DNA of 64,000 nucleotides from an uncultured Verrucomicrobiae bacterium (GTDB taxonomy: Bacteria > Verrucomicrobiota > Verrucomicrobiia > Chthoniobacterales > JAFAMB01), in assembly GCA_963837955.1 (NCBI GenBank), contig CAWIPH010000002.1:512001-576000 (forward strand). Reading direction: 5' to 3'. Shown here piece by piece: positions 49,881 to 59,100 of this stretch. The number at the start of each line of letters is the position of its first letter. The stretch's first letter is position 1. The notes beneath the pieces were generated by a model. The model saw nothing but the letters and a program-made list of their open reading frames with translations. It was not told where the DNA came from and did no database searches. A program made the translations under genes and the position numbers.

Positions 49881-50909
49881 ATGACTGGTGATAAGGTTTT
49901 GCGCCTTGGGTTGATCGGCACGGGACATATGGCGGCGCATTACGCGCGCAGTTGGGTCTCTATGCCGGAGGTAGCGTTTGTTGCGGTGAGCGATGTCAAT
50001 GCTGTTTCACGGCGGAAATTCATCGATATTTGCCGTAATGCGGGGCGACCCCAGCCGCGAGAATTCGACGAATTCAGGTCGATGCTGGCCGCTTGCCGGG
50101 ACGATCTAGACGCGATTTATGTGTCTACGCCGCACGCGCTGCATGCGGAACACGGGATCGCCGTAGCCGAGTCTGGTCTGGATCTGCTGATCGAAAAGCC
50201 GATGGTAACCACCGTGGAAGAGGCTCAGCGGTTGGTTTCAGCACGAGATCAGAGCCGTTCTACCGTCGTGATTGCCTTTCAGGGCGCTTTATCGCCTTTG
50301 ATTGCAGATACGCGCAACCGCGCCCGGGAGGATGAATTCGGCGAACTCGTCAGCGTGGCCGGCACCATCTGGGAGAACTGGTCCTCACGCTATGAAGGGC
50401 ATTGGAAGCAGCAATTGGACTTGTCGGGAGGCGGCTTTATGTTCGACACCGGCGCCCACATGATGAACACCGTTTGCCTTTTGGCTGACGCGGATTGTGA
50501 ACGGGTGTCTGCCCTTACGAACAACCGGGCGCGCAGTGTCGACGTCGTCTGTGCGGTCGCGGGCCGGCTAGCCACCGGCGCTCTTCTGACTCTGAACGCT
50601 GCAGGCGAGGGACCAGTTGGCTGCGCCTCGCACCTAACGTTCTTTTATACGCGGGCGATTGTGCGCATTGACGCTTGGGGCGCCTGGCGGGAGATCGCTG
50701 CGGCCGGAACTTCGGGATCTCGTGAAGAGGTTGAAATTAAGAACAATCCCCTAAAAAGTTTTCTCGCGATTCGTGCTGGCACAGCAGAGAACCTTTCGAC
50801 CGTAGAAGCTGGACTGCGTTTCGCGCGCCTTTGGGATGCCATCAAAGCGTCTGCCGCCAGAAATGGTGAACCCGTTACGATACGTCCTGTTGCCATGACA
50901 GCGAGATAG
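49881..50909 (+). CDS. Gfo/Idh/MocA family oxidoreductase
   Basis: GLIGTG, YVSTPHALH, EKPM, GGG.MFDTGAH. Confidence 0.93.
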   Translation: MTGDKVLRLGLIGTGHMAAHYARSWVSMPEVAFVAVSDVNAVSRRKFIDICRNAGRPQPREFDEFRSMLAACRDDLDAIYVSTPHALHAEHGIAVAESGLDLLIEKPMVTTVEEAQRLVSARDQSRSTVVIAFQGALSPLIADTRNRAREDEFGELVSVAGTIWENWSSRYEGHWKQQLDLSGGGFMFDTGAHMMNTVCLLADADCERVSALTNNRARSVDVVCAVAGRLATGALLTLNAAGEGPVGCASHLTFFYTRAIVRIDAWGAWREIAAAGTSGSREEVEIKNNPLKSFLAIRAGTAENLSTVEAGLRFARLWDAIKASAARNGEPVTIRPVAMTAR

Positions 50910-51904
50910 TGAATTGCGTGAAAGAGCGAATAACCTCTAAAGAATTGGCGAAGCTCGTCGGGGTCTCGTCGGCAACCATCTCCCGAGCATTCTCGCCGAA
51001 TGCGCGAATCAGTGAGCAGACGCGCATACGAGTTCTCGCTATGGCGCAGCAGTACGGGTATCAACCCAATGCGATCGCCCGCACGCTGAATAATCGGCGA
51101 TCTCGTCTGGTAGCAGTGGTAGTCAATGCTATTGGCAACCAATGTGAAGCAGAGCAGTTGGAAGTACTGGTACATCGGCTGCAGGCTCGCGCTCTGGTTC
51201 CAATCATTCTGTGCTGCGGGGATAATACCGACCGTTTGCAATTGATGCGCCTCGCATCAACTTACCAGGTTGATCATGCGATCATCTTTTCCGATGTAGT
51301 GCCACTGAAGGATGCGGTGCAAATATTCAGGACGACCTGGCCGATTATTGTTTCGGCGGAACCGATCGAAGACACGAGAGTTTCATGTGTGCGTGTCGAT
51401 GGGACAGAGGCGGCCTCACAGCTTATCGACAAGCTGGTCGGCGACGGTCGCGAGCACTTCGCCTATCTGTGCGGCAGGAACTCCAGTTGGATAGACAAGC
51501 AGCGCCGGGACTGGTTCAGCAGCGCCTTAGTTAGGCATGGGCTGGCGTTCGAAGCAGAAGGTCATGGCGACTATTCATACGAAGCGGGGTTTAAGGAAGC
51601 TTCTCTTCTCCTGAGCCGCTCGAAAGTTGACGCGCTGGTTTGCGGCAATGACGTGATGGCGATTGGTGCGCGCGACGCGGCAATCCGTCTCCTCAACCGC
51701 AACGTGCCTGGCGATTTGGCTATCGTCGGTCAAGATGGCATCACGATGGCTGGTTGGGAGTCTAACGACCTGACCACGCTTGCGCTCGATCGTATAGCCC
51801 TCATCGATGCAATCGTGCAAATCATCGAGAAGCACGAAACCGACTACGCCGCAGCTCCCACCATCGTTATCAAATGCGCGGTTCGGTGGGGTGCAACCAG
51901 CTAA
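50909..51904 (+). CDS. LacI family transcriptional regulator
   Basis: ITSKELAKLVGVSSATISR, GYQPN..AR, CGNDVMAIG, VPGDLAIVG.D. Confidence 0.94.
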   Translation: MNCVKERITSKELAKLVGVSSATISRAFSPNARISEQTRIRVLAMAQQYGYQPNAIARTLNNRRSRLVAVVVNAIGNQCEAEQLEVLVHRLQARALVPIILCCGDNTDRLQLMRLASTYQVDHAIIFSDVVPLKDAVQIFRTTWPIIVSAEPIEDTRVSCVRVDGTEAASQLIDKLVGDGREHFAYLCGRNSSWIDKQRRDWFSSALVRHGLAFEAEGHGDYSYEAGFKEASLLLSRSKVDALVCGNDVMAIGARDAAIRLLNRNVPGDLAIVGQDGITMAGWESNDLTTLALDRIALIDAIVQIIEKHETDYAAAPTIVIKCAVRWGATS

Positions 51905-51942
51905 TCCGCAAACCTCCCACCCGTGGACGAATGAATCCTCTG
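51818..51942 (+). repeat. 125-bp direct repeat, copy 1 (3' end of the LacI gene plus downstream bases)
   Basis: Matches 56389-56513 with 3 substitutions. Confidence 0.95.
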
Positions 51943-51949
51943 TAGTCTA

Positions 51950-52043
51950 TAGGGGTCAGTCAACAAATCTTGACAGATTTCATCCAGCTTGGGGATACGG
52001 GGCGACGCTTCACCGGCTGTCAGGATTTGTTGACTGACCCCTA
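51950..52043. mobile_element. 94-bp MITE/REPIN-like element with 26-bp inverted repeats
   Basis: TAGGGGTCAGTCAACAAATCTTGACA ... TGTCAGGATTTGTTGACTGACCCCTA (1 mismatch). Confidence 0.85.
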
Positions 52044-52204
52044 CTCGGAACTCTTCGATCGGCATCTAGACAAGCGGAGCGCGCCCGCTCCGTAAGCAGG
52101 TCCATTACTGCGGTTTTGATCGACGGTGTGTGGGCCCTTCGCTTAGTCTTTGAAAAACCGGGTATGGCGCGTTTGGAAGGGCATGGGCGGAATTGCCCGC
52201 CTAA

Positions 52205-52249
52205 ACTTCGAACCAGAAGGCGGGGGTTCGAGTCTCTCCGGCTGCGCCA
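52205..52249 (+). pseudogene. 3' half of a tRNA, probably Arg(TCG); att scar
   Basis: CTTCGAA loop, GGGGG-TTCGAGT-CTCTC T-arm, terminal GCCA; no D-arm or 5' acceptor strand upstream. Confidence 0.65.
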
Positions 52250-52654
52250 CGGAATCTAGCCGGAACGTAATTTATAGCCGGTCGGCTAATTCTTTCGGGC
52301 TTCGGCCGCGGCCCCCAATTGGCCGCCGCATTTGAAAATAAACAGCGCCCTGTTTACCCACAATCGCATTATGAGAGGGAGAGACGCTCTTCTTTAGCCG
52401 ATTCCCACGACACAGTGTTGAGGCCTCGCGGAGCCTGGCCCGCCTAGGATCAACGTCTGCTGGGAAACACCTTGTGGCGGGTCGCTAAAGGAGATCTGGG
52501 AACGAGCACTCGCGTAGTATTTCGCCGGCGGGAATCTCAAACGTGCCGATTCGGCCCTGAATTGTTCCGGGACCCCAAATTCGAGCGCCTGTAATGCAAC
52601 AGTTCCGTGCCAAGCGGTGGGGGCGCTTACGCTGGAATAAACGATGTCCGGTGA

Positions 52655-53611
52655 CTACCTGGGCGGTCGCGCCGCCCGCCGATTCGCGGGCACACCTCTT
52701 CGGTGCCTCGTCACGGGCTTCTTGGTGTCGGCAGCCTCAAACAATTGCCGAAGCCCGTGTGCCAACAGTTCGACGGCCTTCCCCAGGGCGCCGAGTTGCC
52801 CAACCCGGACTATCGCGACGGATCGGTGCAGGTCAAACGACGGGGGATGCAATACTTTCACGGGATCGATAGAATGATTCCTGGCAATAAAGCGAGCGGG
52901 TAGCAGCCCGACACCATAACCGGACTGAACGAACGCCAGCTGCATATGCATGTTGTGGATTTCAGCCGCAATCATTGGGGTGAAGCCGGCACGCTCCATC
53001 CGATCGATGAGGCTCGCCCGAAGAAAGCACCCGGGCGGATTGAGCACCCAGGGTGCTCGGCCCAAACTTTTCCAATCACCGTCAACGCTGCCTTCGGCGC
53101 CTTGAACGATCTCCATGCGGTCCCTAGCGATGATATTCGTCAGAAGAGGTGGAGGCGCGGTTCTACCTTCGGGCAACAGCACGGCAGCAACGTCGAGTTC
53201 ACCCGCGAGCAGCCGGTGAATTAATTCACCGGTAAGTTCGCTCGACAGCCGCAGTCGGACCTTGGGGTATTTCTCAGTCAGCGCCTGAATAGGTTCGATA
53301 AGCGTCCCCTCGGCCAGGGCATGCGCGAGCCCGATGCGCAGAAGGCCGTGAGGTTCGGCGTCGCTCGACGTAAGAGATTTCAGCGCCTCGGTCCGCTGCA
53401 GCAGATCTCGCGCTTGTTCGAGTACCCTGGAGCCAAGCGAGTTCAGACGCGGCGGCTTTACCGAGCGGTCGAGCAACTCGGCACCCAATGCAGCCTCCAG
53501 CCTTTGCACTTGCCGGGTAATCGCAGAGGGCGTCCGGAATAGACGATCGGCTGCACCGGCGATGGACCCGGCATGGGCGAACTCTACGAGGGCGCGTAAA
53601 TCTTCGAGCAT
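52655..53611 (-). CDS. LysR family transcriptional regulator
   Basis: GSIAGAADRLFRTPSAITRQVQRLE..LG..LLDR. Confidence 0.94.
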   Translation of the reverse strand: MLEDLRALVEFAHAGSIAGAADRLFRTPSAITRQVQRLEAALGAELLDRSVKPPRLNSLGSRVLEQARDLLQRTEALKSLTSSDAEPHGLLRIGLAHALAEGTLIEPIQALTEKYPKVRLRLSSELTGELIHRLLAGELDVAAVLLPEGRTAPPPLLTNIIARDRMEIVQGAEGSVDGDWKSLGRAPWVLNPPGCFLRASLIDRMERAGFTPMIAAEIHNMHMQLAFVQSGYGVGLLPARFIARNHSIDPVKVLHPPSFDLHRSVAIVRVGQLGALGKAVELLAHGLRQLFEAADTKKPVTRHRRGVPANRRAARPPR

Positions 53612-53760
53612 GGGGATCTCCTAAAGTACTCCTAAAACCTCCTCCCGACGATAGCAGAATCGTGCGGAATCGGCAATATCATTGTGATAATAATGAACTT
53701 GTAGAATTGTCGGTTGCCCGTTACAAAGAGCGAGAAGTTTATGCTTTTGTTGAAACCCTG

Positions 53761-54732
53761 ATGCCTCACGCAATTCAAATTCGGCAGACTGGCGGTCCCG
53801 AGGTTTTGAACTGGACAGCGGTCGATGTCGGTGGGCCCGGGTCGGGTCAGGTGCGCCTGCGCCAGGCGGCCGCAGGCCTCAACTACGTCGATGTTTATCA
53901 CCGCACCGGATACTACCCGCAGCCGCTTCCCTTTATCCCGGGCCTCGAAGGCGCCGGGACCGTAGAGGCAGTCGCCCAGGATGTGCGCGGTCTGAAAGTC
54001 GGCGATCGGGTGGCCTATGCCGGTCCTACCGGCGGCTATTCCGAGGTGCGGCTCATAGAGGCCGATCGGCTGGTGAGATTACCGGATGCAATCTCGTTCG
54101 ATCAAGCAGCCGCGATGATGCTGCAGGGTATGACTGCGCAGGTGCTGATCCGGCAGGTGTATCCCGTCAAGGCGGGTGACTTGATCCTCGTGCATACCGC
54201 GGCCGGCGGAACGGGCCTCATTCTCTGTCAGTGGGCGGCCGCCCTCGGCGCAACGGTCATCGGCACCGTTTCGACGGAAGCTAAGGCCGAAATGGCCCAC
54301 GCCCACGGCTGCAAACACACCATCCTCTATTCCAAACAGGATTTCGTAGCGGAAGTTTCCCGTATCTCCGGCGGTGAGAAACTGCCGGTGGTCTTCGATT
54401 CCGTCGGCAAGGATACCTTCTTACGCTCGCTCGATTGTCTAAGATCGCGTGGCTTGATGGTGACGTTCGGACAATCTTCCGGTCCAATCGACCCTATTGC
54501 ACCCGTTCTACTGTCGCAGAAGGGTTCGCTCTTTCTGACACGGCCTTCGCTCTTCCACTACATCGCGCGACGAGAAGAGCTTGAAGCTTCCGCTAACGAG
54601 TTGTTCAATGTGGTGGCTTCAGGGAAGGTGCGCATTAACGTCAATCAGCGTTTTGCACTCAAGGATGCCGCTGACGCCCACAAGGCCTTGGAAGCGCGCG
54701 CCACCTCCGGCTCCACCATCCTGACCATCTAA
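53761..54732 (+). CDS. qor: NADPH:quinone oxidoreductase (Qor family)
   Basis: GGPEVL, GLNYVD.Y.RTG.Y, AAGGTG, DSVGKDTF, KGSLFLTRP. Confidence 0.9.
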   Translation: MPHAIQIRQTGGPEVLNWTAVDVGGPGSGQVRLRQAAAGLNYVDVYHRTGYYPQPLPFIPGLEGAGTVEAVAQDVRGLKVGDRVAYAGPTGGYSEVRLIEADRLVRLPDAISFDQAAAMMLQGMTAQVLIRQVYPVKAGDLILVHTAAGGTGLILCQWAAALGATVIGTVSTEAKAEMAHAHGCKHTILYSKQDFVAEVSRISGGEKLPVVFDSVGKDTFLRSLDCLRSRGLMVTFGQSSGPIDPIAPVLLSQKGSLFLTRPSLFHYIARREELEASANELFNVVASGKVRINVNQRFALKDAADAHKALEARATSGSTILTI

Positions 54733-54755
54733 CCCAGTATCCACAGGAGTTTTCC

Positions 54756-55136
54756 ATGAGCAAGACCGCAATTACCTCGCTGGAACTCGCGCCGCCGGTC
54801 GGCCCGTTTTCCCAGGCGATCAAAGTCGATGGTTTCATCTATTTCAGCGGTCAGGTCGGCCAAGACCCGACGACGGGCAAGTTGGTGGCGGGAGGTATTG
54901 CGGCCGAGACGGAGCGCGTCTGCCAGAATCTCTCGGCGGTTCTCAAGGCGGCCGGCAAGGGTTTCGATGATGTCGTGCGCGCTGGTGTGTATCTCACGAG
55001 CATGAGTGATTACGTGGCGTTGAATGGCATTTACGCCAAGCATTTCAGTCAACCCTTTCCCGCCCGTACGGTGATCGCGGTGGCCGCGCTGCCGCTTGGG
55101 GCCTGCGTTGAGATCGACCTCGTCGTCAAGGCTTGA
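54756..55136 (+). CDS. RidA family reactive-imine deaminase
   Basis: PPVGPFSQA, SGQ, FPART..V..LP.GA.VEID. Confidence 0.92.
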   Translation: MSKTAITSLELAPPVGPFSQAIKVDGFIYFSGQVGQDPTTGKLVAGGIAAETERVCQNLSAVLKAAGKGFDDVVRAGVYLTSMSDYVALNGIYAKHFSQPFPARTVIAVAALPLGACVEIDLVVKA

Positions 55137-55159
55137 GGCAACAAACGGAGGTTAATCTC

Positions 55160-56065
55160 ATGAAGTACACATTTCACATCGTCGATGTTTTCAGTTCGAC
55201 ACCGTTCGGCGGTAATCAACTCGCGGTTCTGCCTGACGCGGCGGGCATTTCGACCGAGGGCATGCAGAAGATTGCTCGCGAATTCAATTTCGGCGAAACG
55301 GCCTTCGCCCTGCCGAAGAACGATCCCAATACCTATCGCGTGCGCATCTTCTCACCTCGGACGGAGCTCGACTTCGCGGGGCATCCCTCGGTCGGCACAG
55401 CCTGTGCGCTCGTGATGAAACAGCACGTACGGCTTAGTGATCGAATCCGGCTAATTCTTGAGGAGAATGTCGGGCCCGTGATAGTCGATGTCGCCCAGCG
55501 AAACGGGGGGGTCCACGGCACGTTGACGTTATCGGGGAAGATTGAGGCACCGACCGGCGCACCTTCTCCGACTGATCTCGCCGCCGTCCTATCCATCGAG
55601 CCAGCCGAGGTGAGCCAAGTCTTTTTCGCAGGCGTCGGTGTTCCACTCTGTTTTGCGCAGCTGACGTCGAACGAGGCTGTCGATCGGGCGGCGATCAATC
55701 GGTCTGCCTGGGCGGCAACGCTCTCGCGAGCGTGGTCTCCCCACATCTTCTTCTTCGCGGGAAATCTACAGGATGGCGGCAAGCTCTATGCTCGCATGTG
55801 GGCACCCGCGCTGGGCGTTGAAGAAGATGCCGCGACGGGCGGCGCTTGTGCAGCCCTCGTCGGGGCGATGGCATCAAAGCCCGATTTTGGCGGGACGGCC
55901 TATCGTCTTTCGATCCAGCAAGGTGTCTCGATGGGGCGCCGAAGCGAAATCGAAGCAGAGGCGCGTAAGAGCGACGGCGTTGTGTCCTCTGTCAGCGTGG
56001 GTGGCGCCACGGCCTACGTCGCAAGCGGCGAAATCGACGTGCCGCCGTCTGCGCTTGTGTCTTAG
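55160..56065 (+). CDS. PhzF family isomerase
   Basis: VDVF....FGGNQLAV, ELDFAGHPS, EEDAATG, QGVSMGR.S. Confidence 0.93.
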   Translation: MKYTFHIVDVFSSTPFGGNQLAVLPDAAGISTEGMQKIAREFNFGETAFALPKNDPNTYRVRIFSPRTELDFAGHPSVGTACALVMKQHVRLSDRIRLILEENVGPVIVDVAQRNGGVHGTLTLSGKIEAPTGAPSPTDLAAVLSIEPAEVSQVFFAGVGVPLCFAQLTSNEAVDRAAINRSAWAATLSRAWSPHIFFFAGNLQDGGKLYARMWAPALGVEEDAATGGACAALVGAMASKPDFGGTAYRLSIQQGVSMGRRSEIEAEARKSDGVVSSVSVGGATAYVASGEIDVPPSALVS

Positions 56066-56357
56066 ACCGTCGAGTGTGCCCCCATGCGCGTGAACCGCAG
56101 GAACCGGTCATTTTGATAGCTCACCAAATGCTTGCATCATCAAGAGAGTGGAACCATGAGAATAGTTGGTGGCGGCATCAACACGAGGTTCACCCACCGC
56201 CCGAAGGAGCGGAGTCTTCAGAGAACCCCTACGCAAATCATGGCTGTCGCCTTCGCGGCCTCCGCTCTTGCTTTTGGGGCTATCGCCTTCGCTGCGGGGG
56301 ATCCCTTGCACGATGTATCGGCGGCAGGTCCGCGGCTGCGCGAAGCTCCTTAAAGCG

Positions 56358-56388
56358 GTCTATAGGGGTCAGTCAACAAATCTTGACA
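56358..56388 (+). mobile_element. Solo copy of the element end GTCTATAGGGGTCAGTCAACAAATCTTGACA
   Basis: Identical over 31 bp to 51945-51975; fused directly to the 125-bp repeat. Confidence 0.85.
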
Positions 56389-56513
56389 CAAATCATCGAG
56401 AAGCACGAAACCGACTACGCCGCAGCTCCCACCATTGTTATCAAATGCACGGTTCGGTGGGGTGCAACCAGCTAATCCGCAAACCTCCCACCCGTGGGCG
56501 AATGAATCCTCTG
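56389..56513 (+). repeat. 125-bp direct repeat, copy 2
   Basis: Matches 51818-51942. Confidence 0.95.
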
Positions 56514-56820
56514 AATGTTGCCTTGGTGATCAAACCGCGAGTTGTGACGCGCGTAGCAGTGTCCCGCCGCGCGACCGCTCATAATCCGCCCCGCAACGCT
56601 GGTCGGACCGACATGTTCGCAGGTTCGCCGTGGCGATTGAGTCACGGAAGTCGCCTCTAGACAAGCCAGACCAGCTAAGGAATTGCCTTCGGTTGTTTTC
56701 CTTGATAACAGCGAACGCTTGCAAAACCTATTTGGGAATTCGCTCGCGCCTCATTGCGCGGGAGGCGCGAGATGATTTGCCAATCCTAACCGGCGTGGCA
56801 TTGTTGGCGTTGCTCGATCC

Positions 56821-56908
56821 GGAGGGATGGCAGAGCGGTTTAATGCACCGGTCTTGAAAACCGGAGACCCGCAAGGGTCCGTGGGTTCGAATCCCACTCC
56901 CTCCGCCA
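56821..56908 (+). tRNA. tRNA-Ser (anticodon TGA)
   Basis: GGAGGGA/TCCCTCC acceptor stem, CCGGT-CTTGAAA-ACCGG anticodon arm, long variable arm GACCC-GCAA-GGGTC, GGTTCGAATCC, encoded CCA. Confidence 0.98.
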
Positions 56909-56996
56909 CTTTCCGCGCACAGCACACTTAGCGTCAGCGTTTTAAGCGCTTCAGCCTTTTACCGGTCTACGAACTACGCCAACAGCCGCTAGCCAC

Positions 56997-57449
56997 CTAA
57001 GGCTTGCTGGCTTTCGCTCCGCCTTTGCCTTTCTTAAGCTCCTCAAACTGCTTAATCTGGTCTGGCGTTAGAATGGTTGCTAGCTCATCCAGTTCCTGGC
57101 GCGGTATATTTCGTCTATGGCCGCCGAAGATCCCAGCGCTACTCTTTCCACCAGCACTACTCTTTCCACCGCGCCCGTGCTTTTGTCTCTGGTCGTCCGC
57201 TGGCCGCGCGTCGCTTTCGTTTCCATTGGCTGCAGCGACGTCATTGAGCGGATCACGATACTTGACGATGATATCGTCGAACCGATCCCGTTGAGCCGCT
57301 GTAATTCCGAGCTGTTTCTCCAGGCGGGTAAGACTAGGATCCGAGTAATGAACAATAATCGGGTCTTCGGCCATCGTTGGGCCGATGCAAAAGAGCCAGA
57401 ACATGAAAGACCAACCTGCGGTGTGCGATCGCTGCATGCCTGAAGCCAT
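56997..57449 (-). CDS. Hypothetical exported helical protein (Spy/CpxP-like)
   Basis: Signal-like N-terminus, LGITAAQR and ILTPDQ motifs, duplicated GGKSSA. Confidence 0.6.
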   Translation of the reverse strand: MASGMQRSHTAGWSFMFWLFCIGPTMAEDPIIVHYSDPSLTRLEKQLGITAAQRDRFDDIIVKYRDPLNDVAAANGNESDARPADDQRQKHGRGGKSSAGGKSSAGIFGGHRRNIPRQELDELATILTPDQIKQFEELKKGKGGAKASKP

Positions 57450-57675
57450 AGCGACCTATTTTAAAGATCGCTAGTTTTGTAGGAAAAGCGGCCCCAGATT
57501 TGCCCGGGCGGCCACCAAGTCCACTTCAACGGCAAGATTACTGAGGGGATTTCACGTATTCTCTCGTCCGACGAAAGCTTTTGCTGGAACGACAGTAGGA
57601 GCCTGCGATCACGTCCAGCTGTTTCCTTTGTTGTATTAGATCCTCGACGGAAGGCTATTACAGATGCGCTTTATT

Positions 57676-57703
57676 GGTCCGTGGGTTCGAATCCCCGCGC
57701 CAC
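57676..57703 (+). repeat. tRNA-Ser 3' fragment (att-like)
   Basis: GGTCCGTGGGTTCGAATCCC is identical to 56876-56895, followed by CGCCAC after a short deletion. Confidence 0.8.
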
Positions 57704-57712
57704 TCTAAATCC

Positions 57713-58537
57713 CTATTTCGAACGAGATTGGGGAGGTTGCGGAATCTTGATCGCAATTTCCGTAAATGTGGAGCCGTCGCTTGTCGCCGAGATTTCTCCG
57801 TTAATCTGCGCTAACTCCCCGCGCGCGCGAAACAAGCCTAATCCGAATGCCTCGGTAAATTTCCCTGTTGTAAAAAATGGATCGAAGATGCGCGGCAACA
57901 CCTCTTTCTTTATCCCTTTGCCGTTATCCCGAAACCGTAAAATCGCCTTGTCCTTTTGCCCTTCGAATTCGTACTCGACCCGAGTGGCTCCCGCAGCCAG
58001 CGCATTCCGATAGATCTCTTCCAGGATTTGGCGCAACTTCGCCGGATCCGCTTCCATCGCGCCAGCCATCCGTGGGTTTTTCGCCACCGCCTTTAGGTTA
58101 CCCGGTATTGTGCACTCCCGGAACAGAGCTTCTAACTGTACGGTTTGGAAACGGTGCGGAGTCGATTTGGCCGCAATGGCCGCTTCGTCTACGATCTGCG
58201 AGAGCATTTGCGTCGCTTTGGCCATGTGCTCCACCGGATCTCGAATCTCGCGCGCCAGGTCCGAGTCCATCAGGATTAAGCCGCTGTGGCCTGATAAGAC
58301 CGTCGTCACGTTGTTGAGCTTGTGAATTAAACCAGCCAGGAGGCTGGAGTAATATTCAGAGGAGTACAGTGTTCGTGCTGGGCTGGAGGGGCTTGGGGGC
58401 TTCAGCACGGAAATTCTCCCCCCGCATACGCGCTTATTCCAAGTTTTGGGCCTCCGGATTCGGACCGAATTCCTGATAGTTCCGTTATTGGTGAGCGGAA
58501 TGCGGATCTGATAAAGTCGTCTTGGTTCGCCTGGCAC
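57713..58537 (-). CDS. Histidine kinase (HisKA + HATPase), no obvious sensor domain
   Basis: IHKLNN H-box, NAL, DNGKGI, FDPFFTT, GLGL. True start is probably nearer 58407. Confidence 0.85.
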   Translation of the reverse strand: MPGEPRRLYQIRIPLTNNGTIRNSVRIRRPKTWNKRVCGGRISVLKPPSPSSPARTLYSSEYYSSLLAGLIHKLNNVTTVLSGHSGLILMDSDLAREIRDPVEHMAKATQMLSQIVDEAAIAAKSTPHRFQTVQLEALFRECTIPGNLKAVAKNPRMAGAMEADPAKLRQILEEIYRNALAAGATRVEYEFEGQKDKAILRFRDNGKGIKKEVLPRIFDPFFTTGKFTEAFGLGLFRARGELAQINGEISATSDGSTFTEIAIKIPQPPQSRSK

Positions 58538-59100
58538 AGAAATCCCCCAAATCCGTATGCGCTCATTTCGAGGCTTTGGATGCCGGATCCGGGCTGAATT
58601 TTTGTTCGTCCGCTCGTTCCCGAACAGAACGCTAATTTGCTAAGGGCGTTTCGTTGGGTGCCGCTCGGACGGCCGGTCAGGCTCGATTGATGTGCCTTGT
58701 TTGTTTTCGGTCGCGCCGAGCCGGTTACACCAACGCTCCCGGCCGCAAAGCTGTATATTGCTCTATTCGATCCGTTTTCGGCTTTGTCTTTCACTCGATC
58801 CGCAAACTCTCCGAGCTGTCGAGGCGGCAAATCTGCCTGCTTTCCCGCACAGGTCAGTAGAGCCGCCCCCAGATTTTTGCTATCCCTAATCCTTGAACCA
58901 GCCTTGCCCGAAATTGCAGGCCATCCTGATCGTTCTCGAACCAACAATTCCCACCGGGTTCGCCTCAGAAGACTGAGTCGCACCTGTCCCGAACAATGTT
59001 TGAAAATCATAGCACATCCGTTTGTCGTCGTCCTTTTGCATCCAAATCTCGGAGTCTGTGTACAGAGCAGACCACTAGATAATCTAATTTGTCGTGCAAA

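Noticed and set aside
51950..52043. Tn3-family inverted repeats (GGGG start)
   Set aside because: The repeats are 26 bp, lack the ACGAAAA/TAAG pattern of 38-bp Tn3 ends, and show no 5-bp target duplication.
56821..56908. Selenocysteine or suppressor tRNA
   Set aside because: The anticodon reads TGA (decodes UCA, Ser), not TCA, and the acceptor stem is a normal 7 bp.
58700..58840. c-di-GMP-I riboswitch (GGCCGCAAAGC)
   Set aside because: The upstream GGCAAAC/GAAA-tetraloop stem is missing and the motif is on the opposite strand to the neighbouring genes.
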